DNA of 64,000 bases, taken from contig JAPEUG010000003.1 of assembly GCA_026025795.1 (NCBI GenBank), positions 62,001 through 126,000 of the forward strand, given 5' to 3'. The translations under genes were made by a program, and so were the position numbers. Under the pieces are notes generated by a model, which saw only the letters and a list, made by a program, of their open reading frames with translations, did no database searches and had not been told where the DNA came from. This document shows, in pieces, positions 32,261 through 45,600 of this stretch; the first letter of the stretch is position 1, and each line of letters begins with the position of its first letter. This stretch comes from Thelocarpon superellum. Taxonomy: Eukaryota.

Positions 32261-35200
32261 ATGCCCGCGCAAGGGGCAAGTGCTACCCCACCGTGTGTTT
32301 GGTGAGCCGCCACTGATTGTCACAGGTCCAGCCTCTGCGCATCCAGAAGCACACGCCGACGTCATCTCCGGCCAAGATGCATGGCGCGGCCGCCCAACGA
32401 CCGTTGTCCGAGCTCGGGCCGATGGAGCGTCGTCGGAACTCGCCCAGCTTCAGCCAGACAAGCAAGGTTCGTGCCGTGCTCGTGCAGTTCACCACCACAA
32501 GGGAGGGCCACGACGCTGATGGGAGACATTGACAGGCAATGGCCGTGAATGATGGCGACTCCTCGCCCTTTGAACCCTCGCCCGTCCACCCATCGAAGGC
32601 CACGTCGTCGCCACGCCTCTTCTGGCAGGGTCGCGATCCGGCCTCCTCCCGTCACGGGGTCGACAACAGTCCCACGCGCCCCCACGACACCTCGCCGTCG
32701 CCCCAGAAGCGGTCCTCCATTGAGAATCTCAAGCGTGCCTCGCGGGTCCGCAACAGCAACATGTTCGCGCGCCAGCACAAGGACGAATACGATCCCACCT
32801 CCGCCCCAATTGTAGAACGACCGCTGGCGAGTGGACGCCCGCTGAGCTTGCAGGTCCAGGGCAACGCTTTTGGCGCGCGCGGCATTAACGGTCTACGCGG
32901 TGAAACGCCTACTCAGCTTGACGCGCCGGCCGTCATTGGCGGGAGCAGCAAGATCCCAACGTTCAGCGGCGCCCGCTCCCCTCTCAAAAGTAATGGCGCC
33001 GGTGCCAGCACCGGCTCGCCGACCAAAGACCGCCAGTCGCCCACCAAGTCCTCTTTATCGACCCCGAGCAAATTCAAATCCTTGCCCCGAAGTTTCGACC
33101 CCGAGAACGCAACTTGGTCCGAGGAAGAGTCCGGTGGTGAACAACACGAGCTCCCTGCGGGTCGTGTCTTGCATCGCCACGCCAAGAGCGTCACGTTCGA
33201 CGCCGCGCCACCACAGGTCAACGAGTATGAAATGTCGACCCCCGACCTCTCCTCAGTCGGGACCGCCTCGCGTGAGGGTAGCCACGACTCGGTCGATGAC
33301 GAAGATGAAAGCTTCGGCCACGGCGACTCCATTGACCGAGACGATAGCTTTGATGCTTCCTTGGAAGATACCGAGAAAACGCCCGTAGTAGGCCCGGACG
33401 ATTGGCGCCGCTCCCTCACCGGATCCTCGCCGGCCCCCTCGGCCGGCCGCGTGGAAGACCCATTCCAGAGTGACGCGACCGATCTAGGCGACGACCGCCG
33501 CCCCTTGCCGCCCTTGCCGGGCCTTCGCGACGGCGGGAGCACGCTTACTCTGCCAAGCGCGCCTTCGCCCGTCGCGGTATCCAAATCTGACATCAAAGGC
33601 ATTGGCCGCCACAGTATGTCGCTGGAGGATCGACTTCGCCTGATGATGGTCAACGAAACCGACAAGGCGCCGACTCCGGCGCCGAAAGCGCGACCGCCCA
33701 TGCCGGGTACGTGGATGAGCAGCCAGGACGCGCGTCCCGCGACGCGTGAGACGCCCAAAGAAGTCGATACTTCGGCCGCGGGGGCTAAGAGCCCCAGCGA
33801 AAAGCGCATCTCCCGAGCGGCCATCTTGCGGAAGGTGATGGAGCAGAATCAACACCGAGACGAAGAGCGTGGATCTTTCGTCCCCATTCCGGCGGGTGCA
33901 GCTCCTCTGCGAGGCCTGGCCATCGACCTCGACCCCGACGTCCCGCTGCCCTCCACTGAGATTTCCGCGATGCAATCCCAGGTGGAGACGACCACCAAGA
34001 CCAAGACCACTACGACGACCTCTATCAAACAGGAGTCGGCCGATGATGGCGAGGTGGACGTCTATTCTATCCCAGACATGTACCAGGGATCGGCCGACGA
34101 CGGCCGTGGAGGGGGCCGCTCGCAAGACCACGGACAGGTCGGGGACGACGACTTGGAGAGCAGCTATTCGCGCAATACCTATGGCGATGAGATGTCCGAG
34201 CCCTCGTTCTCCATTGCCACCGATGATGGCTCGACCACGCCGCGCGCCACGAGTCCAGAGCGTGCCACTACCAACCGCGACGTGCCGCAGGATGATGATA
34301 TGTCGTTGCCTGAATTTGCATCGGTGTTGAGCGACGAAGATTTGGGTTTCGCCCTGCGCTCCTACATGTCACACTCGCCGAATCACGCTATGGAGGCCAC
34401 CGCGACCGAGACGTGGGCCGTCCAGCGGCCCGTCACCCCCAGCGCCGAGCCAGTCTCGCCCATCTCGCCGGAGGAGGACGAGCTTGAACGACTGCAGACC
34501 CCGGACTCCGTCATTCGTCACCCGACGGGGAGCGACTCGCCCCCCAGCCCGCCTCCGAAAGCCGAATCTCCCGTCGTGCCCGACCCTGTCGCGACGGTCA
34601 AGGCGCCCGGCGGGAGGCTGAAGACGCGCCCGTCCGTCACCCCCTCGGATATGGCCGCCATGGCCGCCGTGCGACGCCAGGTGAGCGACTCGGCCCGGCA
34701 TCCGCTCCCCGCCGATCCCCCGGCCATGCCTGCCATCCCCGAGCGCCATCGGCATCGGGCCGCAGGGCAGGGGGCGGACGATTCGCACAACAGCACGATT
34801 GGCGAGTTGGACGAGTCTGAATTGAAGTTGGACCTCTCCGTCCACGATGGAGACGAGGACTTGAGCTATGGATTAGATCGCGAATTTGATCGTCTGCTAG
34901 AAGCGAAGAAGGTAGGGCACGGAAACTCCTGATCTCTCTGCCGCGCCCCCCAACGTATCCGAACGGACTGCTGACGTGATCCCGTGGTCCGCAGCGAGGT
35001 TATCTGATGCGCCAGAACACCAAGGTCATTGTGGCGAGTGGCGATGGCAACCCGCGACCGAATCCGCTTGACCTCAAGGCCGCGACGGCACGTGGCACGC
35101 GTTCGGCCGGGAACTCGCCACGGAAAGCGAGCCATGACCGGACGCAGCAAACGTGGAGTGTCGAGCCATGGAACGGAAAGATGCGGCAGCGGAGCGTGCG

Positions 35201-36773
35201 CGAGAGATCGCGCAGCCCGCACAAGAAGGCGGCGAGCGGTCCCGTGCCGCCCTTGCCTGGTCAAGCGAGCAATGCGGCCGGCGGGTGGGGCGCGGCCGAG
35301 GACGAGCTGGTGGCCGAGGAGCGTAGGGAGGGCGTGGAGCGTGGCCGACTGTTCGTCAAGGTGCTAGGGGTGCGCGATCTGGACCTGCCGCTCCCAACAA
35401 GTGCGTCGAACCCTGACCCCTCTGCCCCATCCTGTCAACCCAATGGCTAATGCCGGGCGCAGATGAAAAACCAGTCTTTGCCCTGACGTTGGACAATGGC
35501 ATTCACTGTGTCCAGACGGCCTGGCTGGACTTGAGCAAGAACGCGGGCATTGGACAGGAGTTTGAGTTGGTGGTGCTCGACGAGCTGGAGTTTACCTTGA
35601 CTTTGCAGACCGAGGAGCTTGTGCCGCCCCCGGCACCGGCGGCCTCCCCGTCGAAGCGGGCGCAGAAACCATCGACGTTCAGCCGTGTATTCGCCTCGCC
35701 ACGCAAGCGGAAAGAGATGGAGCGCAAGCAGCAGGAAGAGGAGCAGCGAGCGGCGCGTGAGCGGGAGCGTGCCGCGCTGGCGCGGACCATGGAGCGATCC
35801 GACACGGCGTGGGACGTGTGGAACGGTCTCATCGCGCAGGACGGCAGCTTTGGTCGATCGTATTTCAGCCTGCAGGAATACGAAGACCGCGCATACGGCC
35901 GGCCCCACACCGTTACCATCCCCTGCTTCAATGAATGGGCCTCGGAGCAGACGGCGGCCGGGAGCAGCACCAGGAGCAAGCACGGCGGCGTCCAACGCCG
36001 CCCGCCCTATCAGGTTGGCCACCTCGAGCTCCAAGTGCTCTACGTGCCCAAGATCAAGGGTGCCACGGACGAGGACATGCCCAAGAGCCTCAACCAATGC
36101 ATCCGGGATATGCGCGATGCCGAGGCGAGCCTGGGCCGGCACTGGGAGGGACATCTGAGCCAGCAAGGAGGCGATTGTCCGGTACGTATCCAACGCCATA
36201 GGGCGAGCGCCCGCAGGCCGCCCGCAAGCGTGCTGACTGTCACGACAGTATTGGCGCCGACGTTTCTTCAAGCTGGATGGCGCGAAGCTGACGGCCTACC
36301 ACGAGGCGACCCTCCAGCCACGGGCCACTATCAACCTGGCCAAGGCGACGAAGCTCATCGACGACCGTCGCTCCCTGGTGCAGAAAGACGTGGGCAAGGG
36401 CGGCCGGGCCCGTCGCCGGAGCGCCTTTGCCGAGGAAGAGGAAGGGTACATGTTTGTCGAGGAAGGCTTCCGCCTCCGCTTTGCCAATGGCGAGGTCATC
36501 GACTTCTACGCCGACAGCGCCGCCGAGAAGGACGGCTGGATGAAGGTCTTGGACGAGACCGTGGGCAAGGAGACGGGGCCCAAGAGTTGGACGCATCTGG
36601 TCCTCGCACGCGAGCGGGCGTCGGGCGACCCCCAGCACCACGCCACCGCGGCTGGCCGCGCCCCACCCACGCCCGCCAAAGGCGGTATCACGACCTCCAA
36701 GGCCCCTGAGATTCCGCCTCGTCAGCGCAAGCGCGGCAGCACGACCAGTGCCCCTCGGATGATGGTCTTCTGA
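32261..36773 (+). CDS. BUD4: Anillin-related bud-site/septation protein Bud4 (DUF1709 + PH), 6 exons
   Basis: gccaccATG 32261, GC-AG intron 32276-32325, VQPLRIQK..RPLSE..RRNSPS, intron 32467-32535, SPRLFWQGRD, RSSIENLKRASRV, KSVTFDAAPPQVNEYEM, GYLMRQNTKVIVAS, GRLFVKV, LSQQGGDCP/YWRRRFFKL, FRLRFANGEVIDFYADS. Confidence 0.92.
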
Positions 36774-37088
36774 TCGACGACGGCCACGGACGTCACGAGG
36801 AGCATCTGGAAAGATTCACGGTTGCCACGCCCAATCAGCCGCCTTTGGGGCTCCATCCGGCGAAGCTTCTCTTCCCCTCATGTCGCGCTGCGTGCGCATC
36901 TGACGATCTGCTTCTGCATCCCCTTGCTCATGCTAATCCTCGGTCAATCTCTCCTCGTTCTTCATTCGTCCTTCCCAACCACTCACCTGTACATCCTAAG
37001 TGCGCCCCCTACGTTCCGCGTGCAACGCACTCGTATGATGATGGAATTCCCTTTAGTGTAATGAGACATCCCGATGGATTCAACGTGA

Positions 37089-38030
37089 TCAGACCTTCCG
37101 TCCTGCGCCGGTATATGGTCCTGATTGGTTTCGCTTCTTGACGACGACAGGTGCTGTGATCTGCACGGCCTTGATCTGTGCTGGACGATATTCGGCCGCA
37201 GCAAGCTCATCCATCCACGGCAGCGACGTGACCGGCACATGCTCTTTTACGTAGTCAAGGAGGCCCTGGGCTTGGTCCGCGTCGTGCATGATCCCGATCA
37301 TGCTGACCGAGGGGAGGGCTATGGCGGCGGCCAAGCCGTTTCCCGCGGTACGCGGAAGCATCACCACCTGAGTCGGTTTGCGATCGGGGTGTGCTCGTGA
37401 CGCGGTCGCAGCCATCAACGGCAGCGAGGCCTGCATCAGCGTAGTCTGGGCCGATGGCACGACGAAGATGGCCGCGAGAGGTCTCAATGCCGGTGCGGTA
37501 GTGTTGGGCAGATCCGGACGTCGTCTGAGGGTGACCGGGCGCGACTGCTCGGAGAGCGCTTGGAGGTGCCGGATGGTGTGGTTGAAACCAATGGTGAGGG
37601 AGGAGAGGAGATGTGACGGAGGATCTGGGAATCCATCACGCATCGTGTCATCCGGATGCAATGGATCCTTTTCCGGTGCTCTCTTGCGCTTGGATGCTCG
37701 ACGGCCTTTGGACGGGCCTGGCCGAAGGGCGCGGTGTTGGCCGACGGGCCTTACGTAGCTATTGACCTGATGAGAGGTGCACGTGGTGGGGCTTCGAGGC
37801 TGCTTTACATACTCGCAAAGTAGGGTCAATATGGTCTCCTGTTGGTCCACGGGCACCTCTGGCCTGGCCATCTCCACCCTGATCAGCTACATACGATATG
37901 AGGGGCCAGAGGAAGAGGTCGTTGGGAAAGCCCACCATTGCGCCGACGTGTACGGAGAATCCAGATGGAAAACGGTTTTGGATGACTTGGCTGCCTTGCT
38001 TGCGGGTACGGCTTTACGCGGCGCGTCCAT
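37089..38030 (-). CDS. POP3: RNase P/MRP subunit Pop3-like (L7Ae-related), 3 exons
   Basis: KTVFHLDSPYTSAQW/PEV..QETILTLLC/YVRPVGQHR..SKGRR..KRKR, LTIGFNHT, LAAIFV, LPLMAATAS, LAAAIALPSVSMIGI, HVPVTSLPWM, YRPAQI resemble fungal Pop3. Confidence 0.72.
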
Positions 38031-38135
38031 AGCGATGGAAGGCGTCCGACAAGGAAGGCTGCTGTATCTGCCCTCACGCACGAAGATGGTGCCAAGCACT
38101 TCGTATTCGGGCACATCCGCAGTCAAGAGGTACTT

Positions 38136-38177
38136 GTACCTCAGTACTCTGTACCTCAGTACTCTGTACCTCAGTAC
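38136..38177. repeat. 15-bp tandem repeat (GTACCTCAGTACTCT) x~2.8
   Basis: tgtacctcagtactctgtacctcagtactctgtacctcagtac, about 100 bp upstream of the POP3 start. Confidence 0.88.
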
Positions 38178-39647
38178 ACAAAAATGCTCGTCCTGGCGAT
38201 GACAATGCCTATGCCGGATCTAGGACATTTCGGGAGTCGGCTGCCGCTGTCTGATGCTGCAGCCAACCACAGGTCCGCAGCCTTATTGACCCGTGGCGAA
38301 TCGTCTGCGGACTGCCGTGGCTTCAGTGCGCGGCTAGCAAACTCACTTTTTGCCCGTCATCTCGTATCGATAAGAGCTCGGTCAACACACAAAGGAATGC
38401 TGTCGACCGGACCGCCCAGCGCGACCACCCTCGTGGGAGAATCTCTACTTCTTCATGTGGACGTGGTGTCATCATCACTGCTGGGGGTACGTGGATAGTC
38501 GGTACCAGCGGGATGATCCCCACTGTACTCTTGGCCACGGGGGAATCATCAATACGAGAATATTAGTAGCTTCGGGGCGCGCCCCCATCGGAGGGGCCCG
38601 GGGCCCGGGGCGCCTCAACACTCACTGCAGCAGATGACAAACACTTCAATTGACACTAACAGGCAGTAGTCGCGTCGCTGCACCGTGTGATCGGGATACT
38701 ACCCATCCTATCTACGGCCGACCTGGGTACCTAACGCATAACACGGCAAGGTAAAAGTGGTCTAACATCGCGGTGGTGTAGTCGTGGTTTTGGGATGTCG
38801 TTGTAGAGCAATTCACTGGGTCGTCACTGTCCATCCGCTACTTCCAACAAAGAGAAGGGCCAAACACGGCGAGAGCAAACAATCTGGTGTGACTCTCATC
38901 AGTGTCCGCGCAGAGGACGCTGAAATTACTCGCAGGACAAGTGACGACGCAAGCGAGTGACGAAGCAAGCCTGCTGTCGACGACGCAACTCGCGTCCCTG
39001 TACGCTCGCTCAGTGTACAGTTACGAGAAGGCAGTCGCGAAAGGTCCAGCGGTGACGGGCCCAGCATTCCATGGTACCGTGGGGCACAAATCGCTGACCC
39101 AAGCGTATCCTCTCCATCAGAGCTGAGCCTCGCAACTCGACCAACCTTCTCTGGCTGGCTCAACCTTGCCTGCGTACGCTGGCGACCCCGCTGTCTATCG
39201 CTGAATCTGTCCTGGCGTCCTCCCCGCTCCTCGAACCCAGGCCGGAGGAGCGAGTTGCTGCCGTCGCTCCTTGGTCGCTTGCTGCCGCGAGGGCCGTCGC
39301 CATCGATCCTGGGCGCCAGCATTACCGTACCGCACTACCGCACGTCAGCGCTACAGCGCCACAGGCTCGCCTGTAGATCGACCCAACGCGCCGTAACTAC
39401 CGACCGCCCAAGCTTTCCCTCGTCCGCCGTTGTCATCGTCTAAAACAAACGGCACACGGGCACCACGCCGGAGCTCTGCATCGCGGGGCACCACCGTCAC
39501 CCTGCCACTGCCCCCCTCACCCTCCACGCAGGCTGGAGCCCTGCGCCGCGACGCGTTCCGGGCTCACCCCGATTGGCACCTTCTCGTCCCACTCGTGCCT
39601 GTGCCGGTGCGTTTGTGGCCAGTGCTCCGCTGGCCGCGTCCGCCTCC

Positions 39648-42600
39648 ATGGACCCCGCCGACGTCATGGCCGTCGATACTGACGACTTTCCCCGCCACGT
39701 CGAACGCGATCTCTCCTCAGACAGCGGCGGCCCCCGACGGGACTCGACCGAGGATGCCGATCCCAGCCTGACCAGAAAGCGACAACGTCTGGACAGTAGT
39801 GCCGCCGCTGCCTCGCGAAGCATGTCGGCCGATCGGGCACCGGCCCTCGATCCTCGGCCACCGCACGACGCTGAGCCCAACCCTGACCCCGACCCCGAAT
39901 ACGATCACGACGACGACGACGGTCGGCCAAACTCGTCGACATCTCTCCCTCCATCGACCTCGCTACCGCATCTCCACACGCCCGAACCGTCCGATTCGCC
40001 GTCCTCAGTTGCCGACGAGGATCCATCCGCCGCCTTGTCCTCCCACAAGCGAAACTCCAGCAAGGTGACGATCAATGTCCGCACGCCGCGAACCGACAAC
40101 GTGCCCGAGCCTCCGCTCACCCCGTCCGTCGAGCTAACGGCCGAGAAGGCGCGCAGCTCATCGCCGACGTCAACGGCCGCACCCGCGACGGATGCACGGC
40201 CAGCCGGTGCCCCGCCGGCGCGAACACCGTCCACTCATACCTCGGTGGCCTCGTCGCCCGCCCCCAGCCCCGAGGTGGAGGTGGCGGAGGTGGAAGACAT
40301 GGACCAAGACTACGCTGACACCGCCGCCTGGACCCCGCTCGTCAGCATGGTGGCCGCCGGACGTCACGGCCTGCTCATCGAGCGCTTTCCCTTCTACACC
40401 CATGGCTGCGATCCCAAGCAGGTGGTGACTCAGGTCATGAATGTCTTGGAAAAGGGTAGCGAGACGAATGCCAACATCCTCGCCGAGCTACGCAATTGGT
40501 TCGCCGAGTGTGTGGCCGCGGCCGAGCATCCCTCGTTCGAGTGGTACGAGGTCTACTCGGAGCAGCAGTTGTTCTGGGACGAGGTGCCCGCCCTCATTGA
40601 GGGCCTCTTGCGCCGGCGCGCCCGCTTCGAGGGGAGTTTCCACCACGAATGCCTCACCATCGCCCCCGGAAATAGCCGCTGTGACCTCGAGGATCTCTTG
40701 ATCCAGTTCATCAGCCTCTGTCGCCAACTGATCCTCGTCGATCTGAACACCCTCGAGCAGTCGCGCGGCTCCAAGGAGGAGCCCGACCTCATCGCCGGCC
40801 GCTACCAGGTCGTCTTGTCCTGGACACTGATGGGCACCGCCTCCACCGAGGTTGGACTCTGGCAGGTCCTGGAGAAGGAATATGGCTTTGACGTCGACGA
40901 CATGATCTCCCGCCTAGTGCGCCACCTGACGCAGTCGCCCCGGAACATCATGCCGCACCTCCCCCGCTACACCGACCTGGTGCTCGAGCGGATCCCGCTG
41001 TGTCACAAGATGTTCCGTCACACCTGGCACGCCGCCTGGATCGCCCAGCGCATCATCGCCGTTGCCATCGATCACATCGCCAGCGGGCAAGGCGACGGCG
41101 AGGGAGATGAGAGCGAAGCGGCAGACGACGCCCTCTGGAGGCGGATTCCCCACCACATCGCCGAGCTCGGGCAGATCATCTACCATCGCTTGGAGGAGGC
41201 CATCTCCTCGCAACATAGCCTGCCCCGCGAGCTCGTCAAGGAAGCCTGCTACCACCTGCAGACCCTCTTGTTCGACGTCGCCCAGGCCGACCGCGCCCTG
41301 GGCCGTCGCCTGCTGGAGGAGAAAGATGGACCGTCGGATGAGATCAAGAATGACGACCTGCCCGACCTCCTCTCGCGCGCCTGGAAGTTCATCGTGCTGC
41401 GCAAGTGCATCGTCGCCGGACGCATGGAGACGCGTGCGCAAGGGCTCGAGATCATGTCGGACGAGCTCCTCGATACCTGGCAAAAGTACGGCGTCAAGGG
41501 CATCGGCCTGCCACCGATGCAGTACCTGGCATCCTTCATCCTCAAGCACCGTCTGGTCGAGTACCTGATTGGCGTGGACTCGCACCTGCAGCTGATGGAG
41601 CGGAGCAGCAATGTCATTGGCTTCCTCATCGTCACGAACAAGTACACCACCCGCGAGACCGACACCATCTGGCACACCGTCCGGACCAGCGAGAATCCCC
41701 GCGTCGTCAGTGCCGTGCTCCACATGATCAAGGGCATCTTTCCCCCTCTCACCTACTCCTCATTGCTCTACCTCTGTCAGAAGCTCATCGAGCTCCCGCT
41801 ACCCGCCTTTGACGGACCCATGCTCAGCTATGCCTCGGGCCTCTTGCACGCCACCCGCGAAAAGTTCCGACATCTCCAGCAAGCCCGGCTGGACAGCACG
41901 CCCTACCATCTCTGCATCCGTCTCGTGCGCGAGGCGACCGCGCTTGATGCCGTCCCCCACGCCGGCTTTGCGACCGTGTCCCGCTTTGCGCTCAAGGAGC
42001 TGCACGAGCTCATGCACTGGGGTCCAGAGGCCGACGAGCGTCATCGCATCTACGAAGAATGCCTACTTGACATTGGCGAATACCGGCCGACCGCGACAGG
42101 GAGCATTTGCGTCATCAACACCCTGCTCAACCAGCACCAGAGCCTGGGCGATACGCGGGCCGATCTGACCATGCTGGCCACCGAGGGGGACCTGACACGC
42201 CGCCTCATCGACGAGCTAGACCATCATCTCCACAACACGCGGCCCCTCGACGGCTATCCCCCCGTGCTGAAGCCGCGCTTGGACCTCGTGGCCGAGATCA
42301 TTCTCACCGAGCCGGCCACCATCACCGCCCCCCTGGGCAAGCAGTTGTGGGACTGCCTGCTCAACGACCACACCTTGGCCCCCGCCGACCGTGACGCGGC
42401 GTGGACGACGCTCTGTGGGGTGATGAACCGTCTGCGGGCGCGGAATGCCCTCGTGGATGGCATCATCAACGACTACCTGCCCACTCTCGATCCGCGCAAC
42501 ATCACCCCGGCCGTGCTGGGCTTTGCGCAGCAGGCCATCCAGTACGAGCATCGAATTGGCCCGGCGCGGATGCCACAACCGCCGGCGGAAGACGGCGCTA

Positions 42601-45600
42601 TGATTGTCATTCCCGGGGTCGAGTTGATCTGGCGCATCATCCTGCGTGCGCCTGACGATGCCATCGCGGCACAGGCCACGCAGTATCTGGTGGGCGTGTA
42701 CCTCGCCGCGCCATCCTTGACACAAGCCTCGCCCGCCGCCGTCGAGGCGACGCACCTCGCTTTGACCGATCGATGTGTGCAACGGCTCCTGTCGGCCGCG
42801 TCCACGCTCAAGGCCCTCTCCGACGGCACGGCGAGTGGGGAAGATGAGCCCATGGTCCTCGTTGCCTCCGATGACGAGTTGCGCGAGGAGGAGCTCGGCT
42901 TCAGCCGGTCACTGCTGCTGCTCCGGGAGATCCTCGCGCGCTTGCGCACGCGGCCACAGCCGAGCCCCCAAGTGGCGTCGTCCGCCTTGTCCGGTCGCTC
43001 GCCCTCACCAGCCCGGGGCGATGAGGTGTTGGGCGAGCGCGTGCAGGTCCGTTACCAGGCCTCGGTCGACAATAGCCAGCCGGCGATGCGACAGTTTGAC
43101 GTCGGCACCCTGGAGACATGCGAGGACCTGAAGCGCCGTCTCGCCGCCGCCACCGGATTTGCACGGTTCAAGCTGTACTGCGCCGGCTTCCTGCTCGATC
43201 TCGACACCGAGCCTCATCGCGTGTTGGGCGACCTTTCGCTTGGGCCGAGCCCGGTCATCATCGTGAATCAGCTGCATGACCGGGCCGAGGCCGAAGAAGC
43301 CAAGGCCCCGGCGGGTCTGTCCGTGGTGGAGATCGAGGTCTTGAAGCACTTTGACGAGCTGTATGAGCTCTTGGGGATAGACGAGCATCTGGCCTGCCAG
43401 GTAAGGGCTCTCGCATCCCTTCCTTAGTCGGCCGTGACAGGTGACGCGCTAACGGAGCGACAGATCTGGGATCTACTCTACGCCTTTCCCCCGCAGCGTC
43501 CCGCTCGGCACGCCGTCCTTGTCGAGGGCTCCATCACGACCCTCTTCCCGCCAGGGCTGCCGTTCAAGATCATGTACTCGACCCGGACGTTCCGCACCTG
43601 TCTGGATGAACAGGTGCAGATGACGCAGCCGGACGAAGCTTTCATCGGTCGGGGCGTGCGCAGTGTCGTCGGGGCCTTGAGCCAGCCCACACTTCTCGAT
43701 GGCGTGGCCGATCACGATCTGACGATCAAGGTCCGGAGCATGCTCGTCGACTGCCTCCTGCGCTTCTTAAAGGAGCCCGTGGCCGACGTGACGTCGGCGG
43801 CCTACTTTCCTGATCCCGCGGGGACCGTTGGATGTCTGGTCGACGTCGTCAAGGCCACCCGCGTCCCCCGCGCCTGGTCGCCGCCCGAGGCGAAAACGCT
43901 GACCTGCGACAGCTTCGCCGTCATCCTCGAGGCGTCGCTGCACTCGGCGCAGGTCTGGACCGCCTTCACCACCCGACCCGACACCACGGAGCTCGTTCAG
44001 CATCTCATGCTCGACGACTTTCGCGTCCCAGTGCGCGAGCGCACCGGCCAGATCATCGCCAGCTTCTGCAAGGTCCTGCCGATGTATGTGCGCCCCTTGG
44101 TCTCCCGCTCCGCACCACGCACTGACCTCGCCCCTAGGCCGGCCAAGGTCACCGCTCGCGAGTTCGCCGCCTTCTTCTGGCAGCTCCTCTCGGCCATCCT
44201 CCCCCAGGCGACCGGGAAGCAGGCGAGCTCACAACAGCTGTTCGACGCCGCCCTGGCCGTGTTCCGTGCCGTCGGTGAATCCGGTCGGGATGTGCTGAAG
44301 CTGAGCCAGTACGTGCGAGAGTGGGGACAGCTTTTGATCGAGCACCACCATGACGAGGTATGTGTGCGCGGCGCGCCGTGCGCGGTACTCCCCGGCTCGC
44401 GTGGGTGGAGCTGATCTGCAGCAGGCTGTCGGCCGTGAGACGATCGATCACCTGGTCTTTGGCTTCACGCGCTTGCTGCATTGGTGCATCCAGTTGGCCC
44501 GCTCCTTCAAGCAGCCCCTCCAGACCGGAGAGCTGGCGCGCGACCTCTTCGGGCACTACCTCTTTCCGGAGCTGTCGCCATTGACCAGCGAGGGAGAGAT
44601 GGTGGCGCGGGTGCCGATCTTGCATAGCCCGACGCGACATGAGCTGAACCAGCTGCTCCTCTCGCTCTGTCAGGATCCCGGCGACTATCAGCGGGTGCTG
44701 ACGCAGGCGGCGGAGTTGGTTGACGACCCGTCGGCGTACAACCTGGGGTGGCAGTATCAGCGGAGCAAGTGGATTCGCTCGCCGACCGGCTACGTCGGCC
44801 TGCATAACCTGTCCAACACGTGCTACCTCAACTCGCTCTTCACCCAGCTCTTCATGAATGTCAACTTCCGCGGCTTCATGCTGGACGCCAACGTGGCCGA
44901 CGCCGAGGGCTCGCAGAAGCTGTTGGCCGAGACACAGAAGCTCTTTGCGCACATGCAGAACAGCTGGCAGGTGTCGGTGGAGCCCAAGGACCTGGCGGCG
45001 TCGATCCGCACGTACGATGACGACAACATCGATGTGACGGTGCAGATGGACGTGGACGAATTCTACAACCTCCTCTTCGACCGGTGGGAGGGCCAGATCC
45101 TGTCGGACGAGGCCAAGAAGACCTTTCGCGCTTTCTACGGCGGCCAGCTAGTGCAGCAGGTCAAGTCCAAGGAGTGCACGCACATCTCGGAGCGTGAGGA
45201 GCCCTTCTCCGCCATCCAGTGCGACATCAAGGGCAAGGCGACGCTGCAGGACAGCCTGCAGGCCTACGTCGAGGGCGACATCATGCAGGGCGACAACAAG
45301 TATTCGTGCACGGCGTGCGGACGCCACGTGGACGCGGTCAAGCGCACCTGTCTCAAGGAGGTGCCGGACCATCTCATCTTTCACCTCAAGCGCTTCGACT
45401 TCGATCTGCGCCAGATGCAGCGCAGCAAGATCAACGACCACTTTGCCTTTCCCGACACCCTCGACATGAGCCCCTACACCGTCGCGCATGTCACGGCGGC
45501 CGACGCGGCGGCGGCGCCGGCGGAGGACATGTTCGAGCTGGTGGGGGTGCTGGTGCACAGCGGCACGGCCGAGTCCGGGCACTACTACTCCTTCATCCGC

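Noticed and set aside
38136..38177. Direct repeats as a possible CRISPR-like array
   Set aside because: Contiguous 15-bp tandem units with no spacers, in a eukaryotic context with no cas genes.
38765..38830. GGTGGTGTAGTCGTGG resembling a tRNA 5' half
   Set aside because: No T-loop GTTCRA and no acceptor-stem complement found.
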